64,000 nt of DNA from Octopus sinensis. Taxonomy: Eukaryota. A program made the translations under genes and the position numbers. The notes under the pieces were generated by a model, which searched no databases, was not told where the DNA came from, and worked only from the letters and a program-made list of their open reading frames with translations. Positions within the stretch are counted from its first letter, which is position 1. Every line of letters begins with the position of its first letter. Below, one piece after another: positions 39,412 through 53,744 of the stretch. Location: positions 61,876,001 to 61,940,000 of the forward strand of contig NC_042999.1 in NCBI RefSeq assembly GCF_006345805.1, written 5' to 3'.

Positions 39412-39892
39412 CTCTTTACTCTTTACTCTTTTACTCTTTTACTTGTTTCAGTCATTTGACTGCGGCCATGCAGGAGCACCGCCTTTAGTCGAGCAAATCG
39501 ACCCCGGGACTTATTCTCTGTAAGCCCAGTACTTTATTCTATCGGATCTCTTTTTGCCGAACCGCTAAGTGACGGGGACATAAACACCACCAGCATCGGT
39601 TGTCAAGCAATGCTAGGGGGACAAACACAGACCACAAACATACACACACAACACCACACCCACACATATATATATATATATATTAATATATATATATCTA
39701 TATATATTATATATCTATATACATATACGACAGCTTCTTTCAGTTTCCGTCTACCAAATCCACACACAAGGCATTGGTCGGCCGGAGCCTATAGCAGATG
39801 ACACCTGCCCAAGATGTCACGCAGTGGGACTGAACCTGCAACAATGTGGTTGGTAAGTAAGCTACTTACCACACACCCACTCCTGTGCCTAT
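39412..39892 (-). mobile_element. SINE-B copy
   Basis: Consensus body; (TTTACTC)n-like tail at 39412-39440. Confidence 0.9.
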
Positions 39893-40249
39893 ATAATAAT
39901 TTTTTTTTTTTTTACAATTGGACGAGTGAAATACCAATTTGGGTGGGTGACATGAGTAAATGACAATGAAATAATGACTATTAACTATCAGGAGGCGTCC
40001 GCACAGCTGTATGGTTAGAAGTTACCTTTGCAACTTTTAAATTTACTTTCAATCCACCTGTGTATCATCGTGGGCAAATGTCTTCTACTAATTCCTCAGA
40101 TGGATCAACAAATTATGAATAAAATTGGGAGACAGTAATTGCAAAGAATTCCATGGTATAAATTTACACACACAGACACACATGAACGCGCGCGCTCACG
40201 CACACACAAACAACACACACACACACACACACACACAGATGTATATACA

Positions 40250-40550
40250 CTTTTACTCTTTTACTTCTTTCAGTCATTTGACTGTGGCCATGCTGGAGCA
40301 CCGTCTTTAGTCGAGCAAATCGGTTGTCAAGCGATGTTGGCGGGGGGGGGACAAACACAGGCACACAAACATATACACACACATACATATATATGTATAT
40401 GCATACATACAACGGGTTTCTTTCAATTTCCGTCTACCAAATCCACTCACAAGGTTTTGGTCGGCCCAAGGTTCCACGCAGTGGGACTGAACCCGGAACC
40501 ATGTGGTTGGTAAGCAAGCTACTTACCACACAGCCACTCCTGTGCCTATA
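40250..40550 (-). mobile_element. SINE-B copy with two internal deletions
   Basis: GAGCAAATCG joined directly to GTTGTCAAGCG; GGTCGGCCC joined directly to AAGGTTCCACG. Confidence 0.85.
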
Positions 40551-40989
40551 TAATAATATTTACACACACACCAGAAATTAAGCTCTCCTCCTATAAAACA
40601 AAACCGCAACTAACATGCAGAAACTTATTTGAAATGAAAACAGAATAACATAATGCTGCAGCACCCAACGATACAACTGTACCAAATTCCAGTCAAATTG
40701 TTGAGTCAAATTCATGGACCCTTGATTTCATAGAAATTCTCAGGATTCTAACTCAGGATAAACTCCTAGTCACCACAATGCATTCCACTTTTCAATAGTC
40801 AAAGTTATTATTGTTAGTGAACATCTGTAATACTCTCTCTTTTGAAGTAGTTTTATTTAGTAACGTGTGTGTTCACGTGTGTACTGTACGCGCTCGTGCG
40901 TGTATATATGTATTAATGGTATCACACACACACACACACACACACACCACACACACACATACATATATATATTATATATATATATATAG

Positions 40990-41024
<35 letters not shown>

Positions 41025-41701
41025 AATATATATATATATATGCATATATGTGCGTGAATGTATCTAGCTACATATCATATATAAATCTGCACAATTATAA
41101 AAGCATACAGAATACAGAGAAAGAAAATCAGAACATTATTACGTACACATGAACATTATATTTTTTATGTGTGCAAACAAACATGTGTACACAAAGATAT
41201 TTTATATATATATATATATATGTGTGTGTGTGGTGTGTGTGTGTGTTGTGTGTGCGTGTGTGTGTGTGTGTGTGTCTATATATATATTATATCTATACAT
41301 ACATGACATCATACATACACATACATTGCGTAAATACACACATACATACAATACATACATACATACATACATACATACATACATAAATAGCCTCGCGCAG
41401 AGAATTTTACATAAATATGTAATCTTCATTGTACGTAAATATAGAGATTATATTTTCTTTTGCCAGTCTTTGAGGGTTTATATTTTTTTAATGTTAACTT
41501 AATTAAAAAAATATAAGATCAAAGAGCGATAGCCTTATGACTAGAGGTACCATAATTCTTATCAAAATCCATATAGATATATTTATTACGCATGAATACT
41601 TCTCTACGTATTAATGTGTGCGTATTATGAAGAGGCAGGTTAGCCACAGTGCGTTGTTGTGCATGTGTGTATACGTGTGTGTATGTATGTATCTATGTAT
41701 G

Positions 41702-41757
<56 letters not shown>

Positions 41758-42050
41758 TATATATAGATATAGATATATACAAATATATGTATATATATAT
41801 ATGCACACACATATATACATATGTATATATATAAATATATGTATATATGGTGTTATGTGTAGAGGCACCCAAGTGGGCGTGTATGTATTCGTTTCCATGC
41901 ATGTATGCGCAAACAAGTATATGTATATGAGTGTGTATGTATATGTACATACATATATGCATACATATATATATATACACATATATATTTAAATGTATAT
42001 ATATATACATGTGTATATTATAAATATATATATATATATTTTATATTTTA

Positions 42051-42114
<64 letters not shown>

Positions 42115-42535
42115 TATGTACATATGTATCTCTGTATGTCTTATATAGGGAGGGAGAGAGAGAGAGAGAAAAAACGAGAAAGTGTGAGTGCAAGACAGAG
42201 TGTGTCTGTTTTTGTTTATTAAAACATACTTTTCATTGTCTCTTTGTTTATATACATATGCACATATATACAGTAAAAGCGTAAAAGATTATACATATAC
42301 ATTTATACTTACATCTATATTTATGTATTTGTGTGTGTATGTGTTTGTGTTAGTGTGTTCGTATTTAACATACCCATATATTATCAGAAACTGAGCTAAA
42401 GAAATACACTCAAATACGCCAAAGGCATGGATTAGAATAAATCAATTTTGTATTAATGTACTGAATGACACACAAAATGTCCATTCATTATTTACACATA
42501 ATCTATATCCACACACATGACACACACACAGACGC

Positions 42536-42581
<46 letters not shown>

Positions 42582-42720
42582 ATATATATATACACATATA
42601 TATGGACATGTATAAATATACTCACATCCATATGTATATGGTATATATATATATATATACAAAATATATGGACATGATAAATATACTCACATCCATATGT
42701 ATATGATATATTTACTATAT

Positions 42721-42783
<63 letters not shown>

Positions 42784-42833
42784 ATGTATGTAATATATAT
42801 ATATGTGTAGTATAATATATATATATATAAAAA

Positions 42834-43090
42834 TATTAGAGACAAAACCACTATTTTGCAAAACAAACAAGGAAAGACTTAATCAATACATAAATTTAAT
42901 AAATAGTCAAAAAAACCGCCACTTTTTTTGACTATTTATTAAAATTTTATGTATTGATTAAGTCTTTCCTTGTTTGTTTTGCAAAATAGTGGTTTTGTCT
43001 CTAATAATATTTTATAATATTTTACTATAAAATTGGATTTAATCCTAATCTGATTTTTTTCCCTGTAAATTTGGATTTATTCCCTAATAT
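42834..43090. repeat. 82-bp-arm hairpin (42834-42915 / 42923-43006) plus AT-rich tail, between (TA)n arrays
   Basis: Near-perfect inverted repeat with 7-nt loop CCGCCAC. Confidence 0.9.
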
Positions 43091-43094
43091 TTAT

Positions 43095-43176
<82 letters not shown>

Positions 43177-43928
43177 GTATGATTCGTATGAACCACTGAC
43201 AGAAAATAATTGAGCCAACATATTTTTGTTAATTTGGCACGTTAAAGTGCAGTGTATACTACGATTTAAATAGGTTATTTGCTCCAAACGCTGCAATGCT
43301 TCCTCTTCACAGTCTTAATAATACTTTTAGAATAAAAACATGTTTTATAATTTTTTTTTTTTTTTTTACAAAAAAGAAATCTCCGAAAATTTTCCGATTT
43401 CCATCTTTTATACTGAAGGGCCTGTATGTCAATTAAGACAGAGTAGATAAATATTTTACGCATAGAAAATATCTTATAGCTTTGTGTTGAATTATTCTTT
43501 ATAATAAAGACACTGAAAAAGTTATTTAATATCTTAGTGTTTATTTCTAGGTTCCTTTTAAGTGGAAGAACTTTCTTTTGATGTTTTAATCAAAAGTTAT
43601 TTTGTTTTTTTATTTTTGTTTTGTTTTGTTTTTTTTGTGTGTACGTAATATTGTTCTAATTATGACTTAGGTAGTTAGATTAAGTCACGCTTTTGTGTGT
43701 TAGAAATGCCTGTAAAGAAAAATAATACTATTCTCATGTGGGTATATAAAAAGAGAAAAAAGTCAAAGCTGCTCTCTCTCAATCGTGAAGCAACTACACA
43801 GTATTCCGAAGTGCCTACATGACAATAATAAAGGAGAAGGAAGGGGAGAAGAAGAATAAGGAGGAGGAGGAGGAGGAGGAGGAGGAGTGAAGAAGAAGAA
43901 GAAGAAGAAGAAGAAGAAGAAGAAGAAT

Positions 43929-44087
43929 TTACATTATTTACATTCGACGGATATTTGTCCTCATCTTGTTTGTTGTTAACACAACGTTTTGGCTGATATA
44001 TCTTCCAGCCTTCTTCAGGTGTCTTGGGGAAATTTTGATCCTGAGTTCTCATTCCTAAGGTATTTTTCGATATTATCATTATCATCA

Positions 44088-44133
<46 letters not shown>

Positions 44134-44224
44134 CAGGTCACTGCTTGGAATCGAATTCGGAATCTTGCGGTTAGTAGCTCGCGCTCTTAACCACTACACC
44201 ATATGCCCGTGGACATATGGCATA
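43929..44224 (-). mobile_element. SINE-H copy (tRNA head, (AAT/GAT)n, HHR-1 tail)
   Basis: HHR at 43978-44023 (CTGAAGA..AAAAC, G12 lost); head 44135-44208; 5' palindrome 44199-44220; possible TSD AAGAAGAAT (43920-43928 / 44224-44232). Confidence 0.85.
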
Positions 44225-45319
44225 AGAAGAATACCTGTATTTCGCCGCGCAACATGGTGAGAATAGCTCAACACTTCATGGACATTGGTTCAATCGCAAG
44301 GAAGAAAGTATGTCCAAACCTGGAACTACTATGAACACAGATAACAAAATACTGTAATTCTTAGTTCTTCGGGGGAAAACGAAAATCCTACAGGAACCTT
44401 GATTAGAATTCAGAACTTGACTTTCGACGAGAACCATTCTATGTGACTAAAAGGTGCTGGTTTTGTGACTGGATAATTATAAGGACAGGCTACACTTCTG
44501 GTCAAATTTTGACTACTGTGTTTCTATTAGTTTCAGAATGACTTCTTGAAAGGTGATCAAGATTTGAACTTCGTAGTGGTAACCTCACAAACGTTACCTT
44601 CACAGAGCTAGTGTAAGGTTCCACCTTGTGTGTATTCCAACCACTATGAAGCATGGCGGATTTAGAACCAAGGCATGGGTTGCATTTTTCATCTGCAGAT
44701 GTTTGTGAACTTATACATAGAGTACATATAACATTTAGAGAAGGGGTTACTTTCCTGCAATAAGGTCCTGTTCTTGCCAATACTTCGAAAACAAGAATAA
44801 AAGTGTTGGCGGAAAGACTTTCTGAAAATTATGTTCTGGCCAAATATAAGTTCATATGTGAATCCCATAGGAAATATGTCTTCTACTATATCCGCAGATT
44901 GATCAACAAATTTTGGGCATAATGAGGCTGGAAGTAAATCTGAAAATTCTGATCAAGCCGTGGAACGTTATTGACGTATCTTAGAACAAAAACTGAGTAA
45001 CTTAACCATTTGGCATTCAGAGTACTCAATCAAATGTAATGCTTATTTATTTTAATCTGCCAATAAAACCCCACTATTTATTTTAGTCTGGTATATTATC
45101 AATGACTTTATCAAACACAATACCTTCACAAACATAGTAAGGATATCTCAATTGGTTTCGACGATAAATATTCAGTTGTTTAATCAACTAAACTATCAAC
45201 TCACTGAATTAGCGTCAAAGTGGCTGAGTATTCCACAAACATGTTCTCATTTAAAGACGGTTATTTTGTTTAATGTTTCTTGTATATTAAGCGCTCTAAT
45301 CGAATTTATGTGTAAATCG

Positions 45320-45358
<39 letters not shown>

Positions 45359-45939
45359 AAATAGAAAGGAGTGAAAAAACTTCAGAAGGCTTGTTTTATA
45401 AGGTTAAAGAATATATTTAAGTCGTTATGTTAGAAGAATGTTATAAAATTTTGCTTATAGTAACATAGTTTTTGGAGAAACTACCGGTTTCGTGTTAACT
45501 TTTCAAATTTCTCAAATGTCTTTACCTACATCGTGTCATGTCTTCGTTATGCAGTGCAAAGAAGAGTTCCAGGCAGGGGAAGGTAATAAGCGATTTCTCC
45601 GGTATAAGGGAGATAATCGCTTTATATTTCTTTTCCCCTTTTTTAATGAGATGAGTTTCTCTGTATAAGAATGTTAGGATGGTTAAGTTCAGGCTTATAT
45701 TTTTCAATAAAAAATGTTTCGTTGTTTAATCTAATTTGTGTTGGTGTTCCAATTGCACATTGATAGAATGGAAAGATTAAAAATTGTGGTAGTAGTTGCT
45801 TTGCACATTTCTCAATATGCTCACTATTGGTATGACACTGGAAATGTACAGATTTTGACACGAACGTTTACAATTTTAAATGTGAAACATAAGAATAACA
45901 ATCTTTATATCATCCTTTGTAAGGACGCCGTAAGATAGG

Positions 45940-47835
45940 AGAATCCTAATGAGATAGAAGATCTCGAATCGCTTAAATAAGGAGCCTAATGACACCAAAA
46001 AGCCCTTAGAGACTGAAAATAAAATCATGCTCTCCCATGAAAAAGAATGGGCAAACAGAGAAGCCAGGTTAGTGGAAAATATAAAAAGGAACCCTAAAGA
46101 GTCTGCGTCAGTAAGCTACAGGATAGAGCAGCTATTTGATGAAAAGGGCTCCCTGAATGGCGGCCCAAGAGGATAAGTGAAGCACCCAGTAAACAATTCC
46201 AATTCCAAAGTGTTTTCTCCTCTCCGCTGGAAAACATGAAAATGAGCAAGCCCAATGAGTTCTTCTATCTAACCTACAAGAGAAAAGAGCGACCATCGAT
46301 TACATTCTCATTACAGAAGATGATGTATTGTCGGCCATTGATGAGATAAACTCAAACTCTGCAACAGGCCCAGATAGACTCCCAGCAATTCTGTTAAAAA
46401 CATGCAAGAAAGCTCTTGCAAAACCACTGCAAGTTCTTTTCCAGAGTTCCTTTGAATGCAGCACATTTTCTCAAATGTTAAAAGAAGGAATAATCTGCTA
46501 TGTCCACAAAGGAGGAAGCAGAGCAGATGTTATAAACTACAAACTTATCTCTCTGACCTCACATGTCAGCAAGATCAAGGAACGCATTGTCAGAAAAAGT
46601 CTGACCACGTTCCTAGAAGAAAATGACTTGCTTACAGATGCGCAACATGGCTTCCGTCGTGGAAGGAGGTACCTAACACAGCATTTCGACGTTGTGGAAG
46701 GAGCTGCCTAACACAGCACTTCGACCATTCAACCATTCAAATGTGGATGTGATATATCTCGACTTTGCCAAGACTTTTTTGACAAGTCCATCATAGGATG
46801 ATGTGTCACAAAGTGACTTCGGTATCATTGGTAGACTGGGAAAGTGACTGCATGATTTCCTGAAGAGCAGAAGTCACAGCAAATGGTGCTCTCCCTCTCT
46901 GAAGTGACACCAATCCTCAGCGGAGTCCCCCAGAAACCAGTGCTGGAATACTGCTGTTTGTGGTTGCTCTCTCGAACATGCCCTCGGTCAAGGATCCTAT
47001 TGACATCCTAAGACTGAACGCAATACATAAGTGGGCAGATGAGAATAATATGCAGTTCAATGCCGCAAAATTTCAAGTAACCCGCTATCAGCTCACAAAC
47101 AAACTACAGCTGAAGTACACGGGACCAGCCTGCAATGTAATCCCAGAGTCAGTGCGTGGCCTGGAAATCCACATGAGCAACGACGCAACTTTCCATGTGC
47201 ATATTGCTCAGATAGCAACACTATGCAAGCGCGTGGCAGGTCGAATACTGAGATCCTTCAGGACCAGGAACAGAGATACAGTGCTGCTGCTTTGGAGAAC
47301 CTTTGTCCTCATTCGCCTGGACTACTGCGCCCAACTGTGGTCACCGCAGAGCGTAAAACTAATTGCGGAACTAGAGGCGATCCAACGCCACTACACAAAG
47401 AAGATAGACTCAGCAAAACACATGGGCTACTGAGAGAGATTAAAGGAACTGGGACTCTACTCCCTGGGGAGGAGACATGTGAAATATGCAGCGCTATACA
47501 TATGGAAAATAATGGAGGGACTAGCTCCAAATTTCGGAATCGAAAGCTACAACAATCCATGAACTGGATGGCACTGCATAGTACCAAGGGTCCAATCTTC
47601 TCCTTCTAGGACACGAACCCAATATTGTAATAGCTTGGAATTCAAGGGACCACAATTTTTTAATGTCCTGCCACAGAACATTAGGGATCTACGAGTTGTT
47701 GCAAGTTTCAAAAAACGTCTAATCACTTTTTCTATCTGCAATAACGTATGAACCCACATCGTGGCAGGAGACACAAAGAAGAGTAGCAACGTCCAACTCA
47801 CTATTTCATCAGAAGCAATGCTGGAAACATCCCCG
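45940..47835 (+). pseudogene. Degenerate CR1-clade LINE ORF2 (RT and C-terminus)
   Basis: SATGPDRLPAILLK; NYKLISLTSHVSKI; QHGFRRGR; DVIYLDFAK; LNAIHKWADENNMQFNAAKF; RLDYCAQLWSP..LEAIQR; catalytic YADD region appears deleted. Confidence 0.85.
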
Positions 47836-47837
47836 GA

Positions 47838-47868
<31 letters not shown>

Positions 47869-47910
47869 CATGTGTGCGTGTGTGTGTGTTGTGTGTGTGG
47901 TGTGTGTGCA

Positions 47911-47943
<33 letters not shown>

Positions 47944-48273
47944 GTGTGTGTGTGTGCGTGTGTGTGTGTGTGTGTGTAAAATATTTATATATACATATAT
48001 ATACTATATTAAATCTCTGGGCGAGAGGTAAACAGTAACAGTTCGGAATCGTAAATTATATTCGCCCATCTCTAGCCTTACGTGATACACACGTATGGCT
48101 ACAGATGGGTCCGATGACCTCCCCTCGCAAATACTAATCGGACACAGACAGTGCATCGTTAGCCAGCTGGAGGAGCTGCCTTCCTGAAGCTTAAAACAAC
48201 AGTAACATCGTCCTCCATGGGACCGCCACATTTAGTTGGCAAATACATACATACATGTGTGTGTGTGTGTCTC

Positions 48274-48305
<32 letters not shown>

Positions 48306-49338
48306 TAATATTTATATATACAATATACATACACATATACAAGTATATTCTCCGTGGTATTATATTATTTTATGCGCTACTTATTAGGCAGAAAACTCTA
48401 CCTCTCTCCTCATTTTAACTAAATGACACGCAATTTATGACAAAATTTACGTGACAGCAATTGTTCTCAATGAACTCAAATTAAATGCAAGGTCACGTTA
48501 ACATATGCATTGATAATTATATGGAAAATAATCCCCAGTGACAGAAGTATGCGTTCAGATAATCTGAATAAATTTAACTGACTACTTTTAAACTCCATCA
48601 TTTTAGATTTTTATTTTCTGTCCTTGACTACCTATTACAAAACATGACAAAATATTACGAAATCTAGCTTCGGGGCATGATGAAGCACAATTTGTTTGTT
48701 AATCCTTGCTAAAAGATATATTCATAGGTTTAATACGGCAGTAGCAATGTGTGTTGTAGCGAGCTCATCTTAGACATGCCCATAGGATAAATTGAAAGAT
48801 TAATTTCCTCTGCGAGAATATGAAGACAAAAAATATTATTGAAACAACAAGAGGAATTAACAACAAAAATATATTGGAAATAGTATGTCTTATTCCAGTA
48901 TTTTCTGTGACTGTCACGTAATGACAGTTTTCCAAGACACACGAAAAGACATGAATGCCTCCAGATAAAAGTACTCAGTTGTTAATCTAAACATCTCTAA
49001 CAACCAAACCATTTATTTTCTTTGTGGTTTCTTTTTCATCTTTATCCTCCCTTCCATCCTCCCCTCCTTCTTTCTCGAACTCCTTCTTCCACCCCCACCA
49101 TCTTCTCTCTCTTTATCTTCTTTTTATTTCACTACACGCAACTTCCTTTTTCTCTCTCTCTCTGAGTACGTGTATATATGTATGTATGTAAGTGTGTGTG
49201 TGCAAGCGTGCATGCATAGAGGCACGTATACATGGAGATATGTGTATATGTATGTACACGTATGTATGTCTATATATGTGTGTGTATGTGACAAACGTAT
49301 GCATAAGATATATATGCATATATATATGAATATATATA

Positions 49339-49377
<39 letters not shown>

Positions 49378-49426
49378 ATATATGCATATAATATATATAT
49401 TATATATATATATATATTATATATAT

Positions 49427-49463
<37 letters not shown>

Positions 49464-49962
49464 GAATATATATATATACACACACACACAAACATACACA
49501 CACACACATTCGTTTCCATTATAATTCCTAAAAGGTTTTCCCCAATGCTAATTCATATCTTTTATGACACTGTCTGTTTCGTGTTCGTGTCGCTCTGCTT
49601 TATTTTGGCAATTTTTACTGTTCTTCAACTTGATTTTGTCGCTTTTTAATCATTCCCTTTATTGTTTATTCACACTTTTTCTTCTATCAACTGATATATT
49701 GGGAGATATTTTGCTAATATATTATTACATTTTTGCCTTTGCTCTTCCAAGCATTTTTCTCACTTTCCTTTGCGTATTGTGATATTTTAAAATGAGCTAA
49801 AACTAACTATAATGGAATATAACCAATATATATATATATAGAGAGAGAGAGAGACATATATATATGTATGTATATGTATATATATGCATATATATATATA
49901 CATATATATATTGTGCGTGTGTGTTATGTATATATATACGTATATATACATATATATATACC

Positions 49963-50023
<61 letters not shown>

Positions 50024-50041
50024 ATATATATATATTATATA

Positions 50042-50101
<60 letters not shown>

Positions 50102-50178
50102 TACATATATATACCTATTATATATATTATATGTATATATACATATATATATGAATGTCTTGAATGTATTCATATATA

Positions 50179-50214
<36 letters not shown>

Positions 50215-50387
50215 TGTATGTATGTATGTATATGTTATGTATATTGTTACACACATATTTCCGAAATTCGAATAAATGTAACCTTAGAGAATGTATGGTA
50301 TTATCACAATCAAAGAAGCAGATATATGTGTGTTTGTGTGTGTATGGGTATTTTTTTGTGTGATTATTCTGTGAGCGAGAGATAGAT

Positions 50388-50431
<44 letters not shown>

Positions 50432-51475
50432 CTCTTAGACAAAGCAATTGTTTATTTGATAGTTATTTAATAATCGCTTTCTGAACAGTTTATTTTATAA
50501 AATCGTGTGCGAATGTGTGTATATGTTGGCGCAAAAATATTCCGGCTCCATCAAACAATAGCAAGTTTCATATCTAAGAAGGATTTAATTAAGAAAGTTC
50601 TTGGGAAAATTTTTTCGCTTCAATTTTTAATTATTTTATGTATAAATTTTTGTTTTCGTATTTATTGACGTTGCAAAGATACTCTTTCGAAGCTGTTAAT
50701 AATTTTAAAGGCATCAAGTGCAGTTTTCTAGATACTTGTCTTCAAACAATTTCTCTTTATTCCTGTGCAAACATGAACCTCTCCCAAGTACATATGCGTT
50801 TAATTATGTATATTACTTTCACACGAAAGATAACTAATAAACGTAGAATATTCTGTGAATTAGAAATATTTTATTTTTTCATTTTTTTTCTGTTTTATTT
50901 GGTTTTATTTTTTACAAGTATATATATTTTGGGTAGATTTTTTTAGGTGCGCCATCAGTGTAGATTTGGGGAGTTGAAAAGAGAGTATGATAACTATAAT
51001 TATATCTTTTATTCTCTATATATTTCATTGCTTTAAAATAAACACTTCTCTTTTCATGTTTGTTGTGTTTTTGTCTTTGTATTTTAGTTTTTGTTTTTGT
51101 TTTGTTTTTTTCCTAACATCATCTCTTCAAAAATACTTTCAACAACAAATCCCAAAGGCCAAACTGTCGATCGTTTTATAGGATTCTTCGTTTAATCTGT
51201 TGCCTGACTTAATATCCTCACCTGACCTTTTAGTGATTTTAGCAGAGTTCCACCCTGTTTCATGCATTCACACCATGTTTCCGATCAGAGAAAAACTTAC
51301 TCTTCTCACTAGTCGCAAAGATCACACAAAGGATGGTGGACGCTACTCTTTCTAAGAAAGAAGTTCTTTCCTAATCTAGAATTGCTAGATTTATTATGTT
51401 TGTTTGTTTTTTTGTTTTTTTTTTGGTTTTTTGTTTTTTTGTTTCTGAAATACAAATTAGAATTATCAGTCTTGG

Positions 51476-51880
51476 CTTTTTACTCTTTTACTTGTTTCAG
51501 TCATTTGACTGCAGCCAGGCTGGAGCACCGCCTTTAGTCGAGCAAATCGACCCCAGGACTTATTCTTTGGATGCCTAGTACTTATTCTATCGGATCTCTT
51601 TTTGCCGAACCGCTAAGTGACGGGGACGTAAACACACCAGCATCGGTTGTCAAGCGATGTTGGAGGGCGGGGTAAACACAGACACACAAACACACACACG
51701 TATATATATACATATACATATATACGATGGGCTTCTTTCAGTTTCCGTCTACCAAATCCACTCACAAGGCTTTGGTCGGCCCGAGGCTATAGCACTAGAC
51801 ACTTGCCCAAGATACCACGCAATGGGACTGAATCCGGAACCATGTGGTTGGTAAGCAAGCTACTTACCACACAGCCATCA
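51476..51880 (-). mobile_element. SINE-B copy
   Basis: Consensus body. Confidence 0.9.
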
Positions 51881-52811
51881 TTTTTTAAGAAATTTCAACT
51901 ATAATTCCGAACAAAATGAAATTCTCTCGGAATATTCAAATATACCTGCTATTATCATTTCCCGTAGAAAAGATTTATTCCAAAAATACGTAAAGCAACA
52001 AGTGACACTTAGACTTAGTACTTCTCGAAATTGTTTGACTTGAACACGAGGTAGTAACAGAAGACATTTAGCAACATTTATCGCGCAGTGGAATTGAAAC
52101 GCGCACCAAATTGTAGCGAAATGATTTTACTATCTACCCGGCAATTCGTGCATATGTTCCATATGTGTGTGGATATCTGTATATCCTCACACACATGCAC
52201 AAGCCATGTGAGAAAAATTAAATACAGAGAAACGGTGCATAAGCGCGTCACACTGTAGATGTTCTATGGTGGTATCCTAGTCTATTACCAGGATTAGCAC
52301 AATCCTTTGGTTACGGAGTGTCCTCAGCGCTGGCGCAAACTTTCAGGCCAGGTTTAGATCTGAGATTGCGCTGCTTTCATCGTGGGAAAATCGTGGGTAA
52401 GATTACGGAAAGTGTGGATGGACAGATGTATCATATTTCAATGTCCTCAGTTTTCTGGTGGTTTATTTTTGCTTGTTTTTCGAATTTTTTCTCACTCTAT
52501 TATAAATCTGAAACACTGTTTCCGTTTAACAAATGAATAAAGAGCACCACTGGCGTTGAGCAAACGAAAATAGCTAAATAATTACTGTTATCATCATAAT
52601 TACATTTATTATCATAATTACTATTATAATTACCATTACTATTATCGTCATTGTGATGTCTGTAAGCCATTTAAGAAACACACAAAAGCCGTTCGATTCA
52701 CTTCAACATTTAAGTTTAATTTGTCAAAATATTTTCGCCGCTATAAGACCGCGACCTGTTCACTGACAAAAATCCGTGATGCAGCACGGATTTTTGTCAG
52801 CACGGATTTTT

Positions 52812-52965
52812 ATACATATATACAACGGGCTTCTTTCAGTTTCCGTCTATCAAATCCACTCACAAGGCTTTGGTCGGCCCGAGGCTATAATAGAAGACAC
52901 TTGCCCAAGGTGCTACGCAGTGGGATTGAACCCGGAACCATGTGGTTCGTGAGCAACTCCTACGC
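52812..52965 (-). mobile_element. SINE-B head half
   Basis: ACGGGCTTCTTTCAGTTTCC..GAACCCGGAACCATGTGG. Confidence 0.8.
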
Positions 52966-52994
52966 TTACTGTAATGCTTACTCTAATGTACTTT

Positions 52995-53660
52995 AATATC
53001 GATTTCAAATTTTGGCAGTAATTTCAGGCGATATAAAGTCGATTATATTGATCCCAGTGTTCAAATGGTGCTTATTTCATCAACCCCGAAAGGGTGAACG
53101 GTAAAGTCAACCTCGGCGGAATTTGAACTCGGAACGTAAAGGCGGACGAAATACCTCTAAGTATTTTGCCCAGTATGCTAACGATTCTGCCAGCTCACGG
53201 CCTTTTAATGAACTTTAATATCATTATAATCATCATCATCATTTGAGGCGGCGAGCTGGCAGAATCGTTAGGACGCGAGGCGAAATGCGTAGCCGTATTT
53301 CGTCTGCCGTTACGTCCTGAGTTCAAATTCCGCCGAGGTCGACTTTGCTTTTCATCCTTTCGGGGTCGATTAAATAAGTACCAGTTACGCACTGGGGTCG
53401 ATATAATCGACTTAATCCCTTTATCTGTCCATGTTTGTCCCCTCTATGTTTAGCCCCTTCTGGGCAATAAAGAAATAAGAACCGTTAGTACGTCGGGTAA
53501 GATTCTTAGCGGCATTTCGTCTGTCTTCATGTTCCGAGTTCAAATACCGCCGAGGTCGACTTTGCCTTTCATCTTTTCGAGATCGATAAAATAAGTACCA
53601 GTTGAACATTGGGGATCAATTTAATCGACTGCTGGCCTGGCACCAAAATTTGAAATCAAT
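52995..53660. mobile_element. SINE-A cluster: minus copy 52995-53200, plus dimer 53245-53477 and 53478-53660
   Basis: Head-to-head copies about 45-55 bp apart. Confidence 0.85.
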
Positions 53661-53744
53661 AGCATCATTATTTGATTTATCACTGATAATCTTAGTACTA
53701 TTAACGTTACGATTATCATCAATCAGATTATTATTATCATTATT

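Noticed and set aside
51302-51352. Possible 51-nt minus-strand exon (RVASTILCVIFATSEK) with a GTAAGT donor
   Set aside because: Isolated, no recognisable homology, and on the opposite strand to the other exon candidates; such signals occur by chance in 64 kb.
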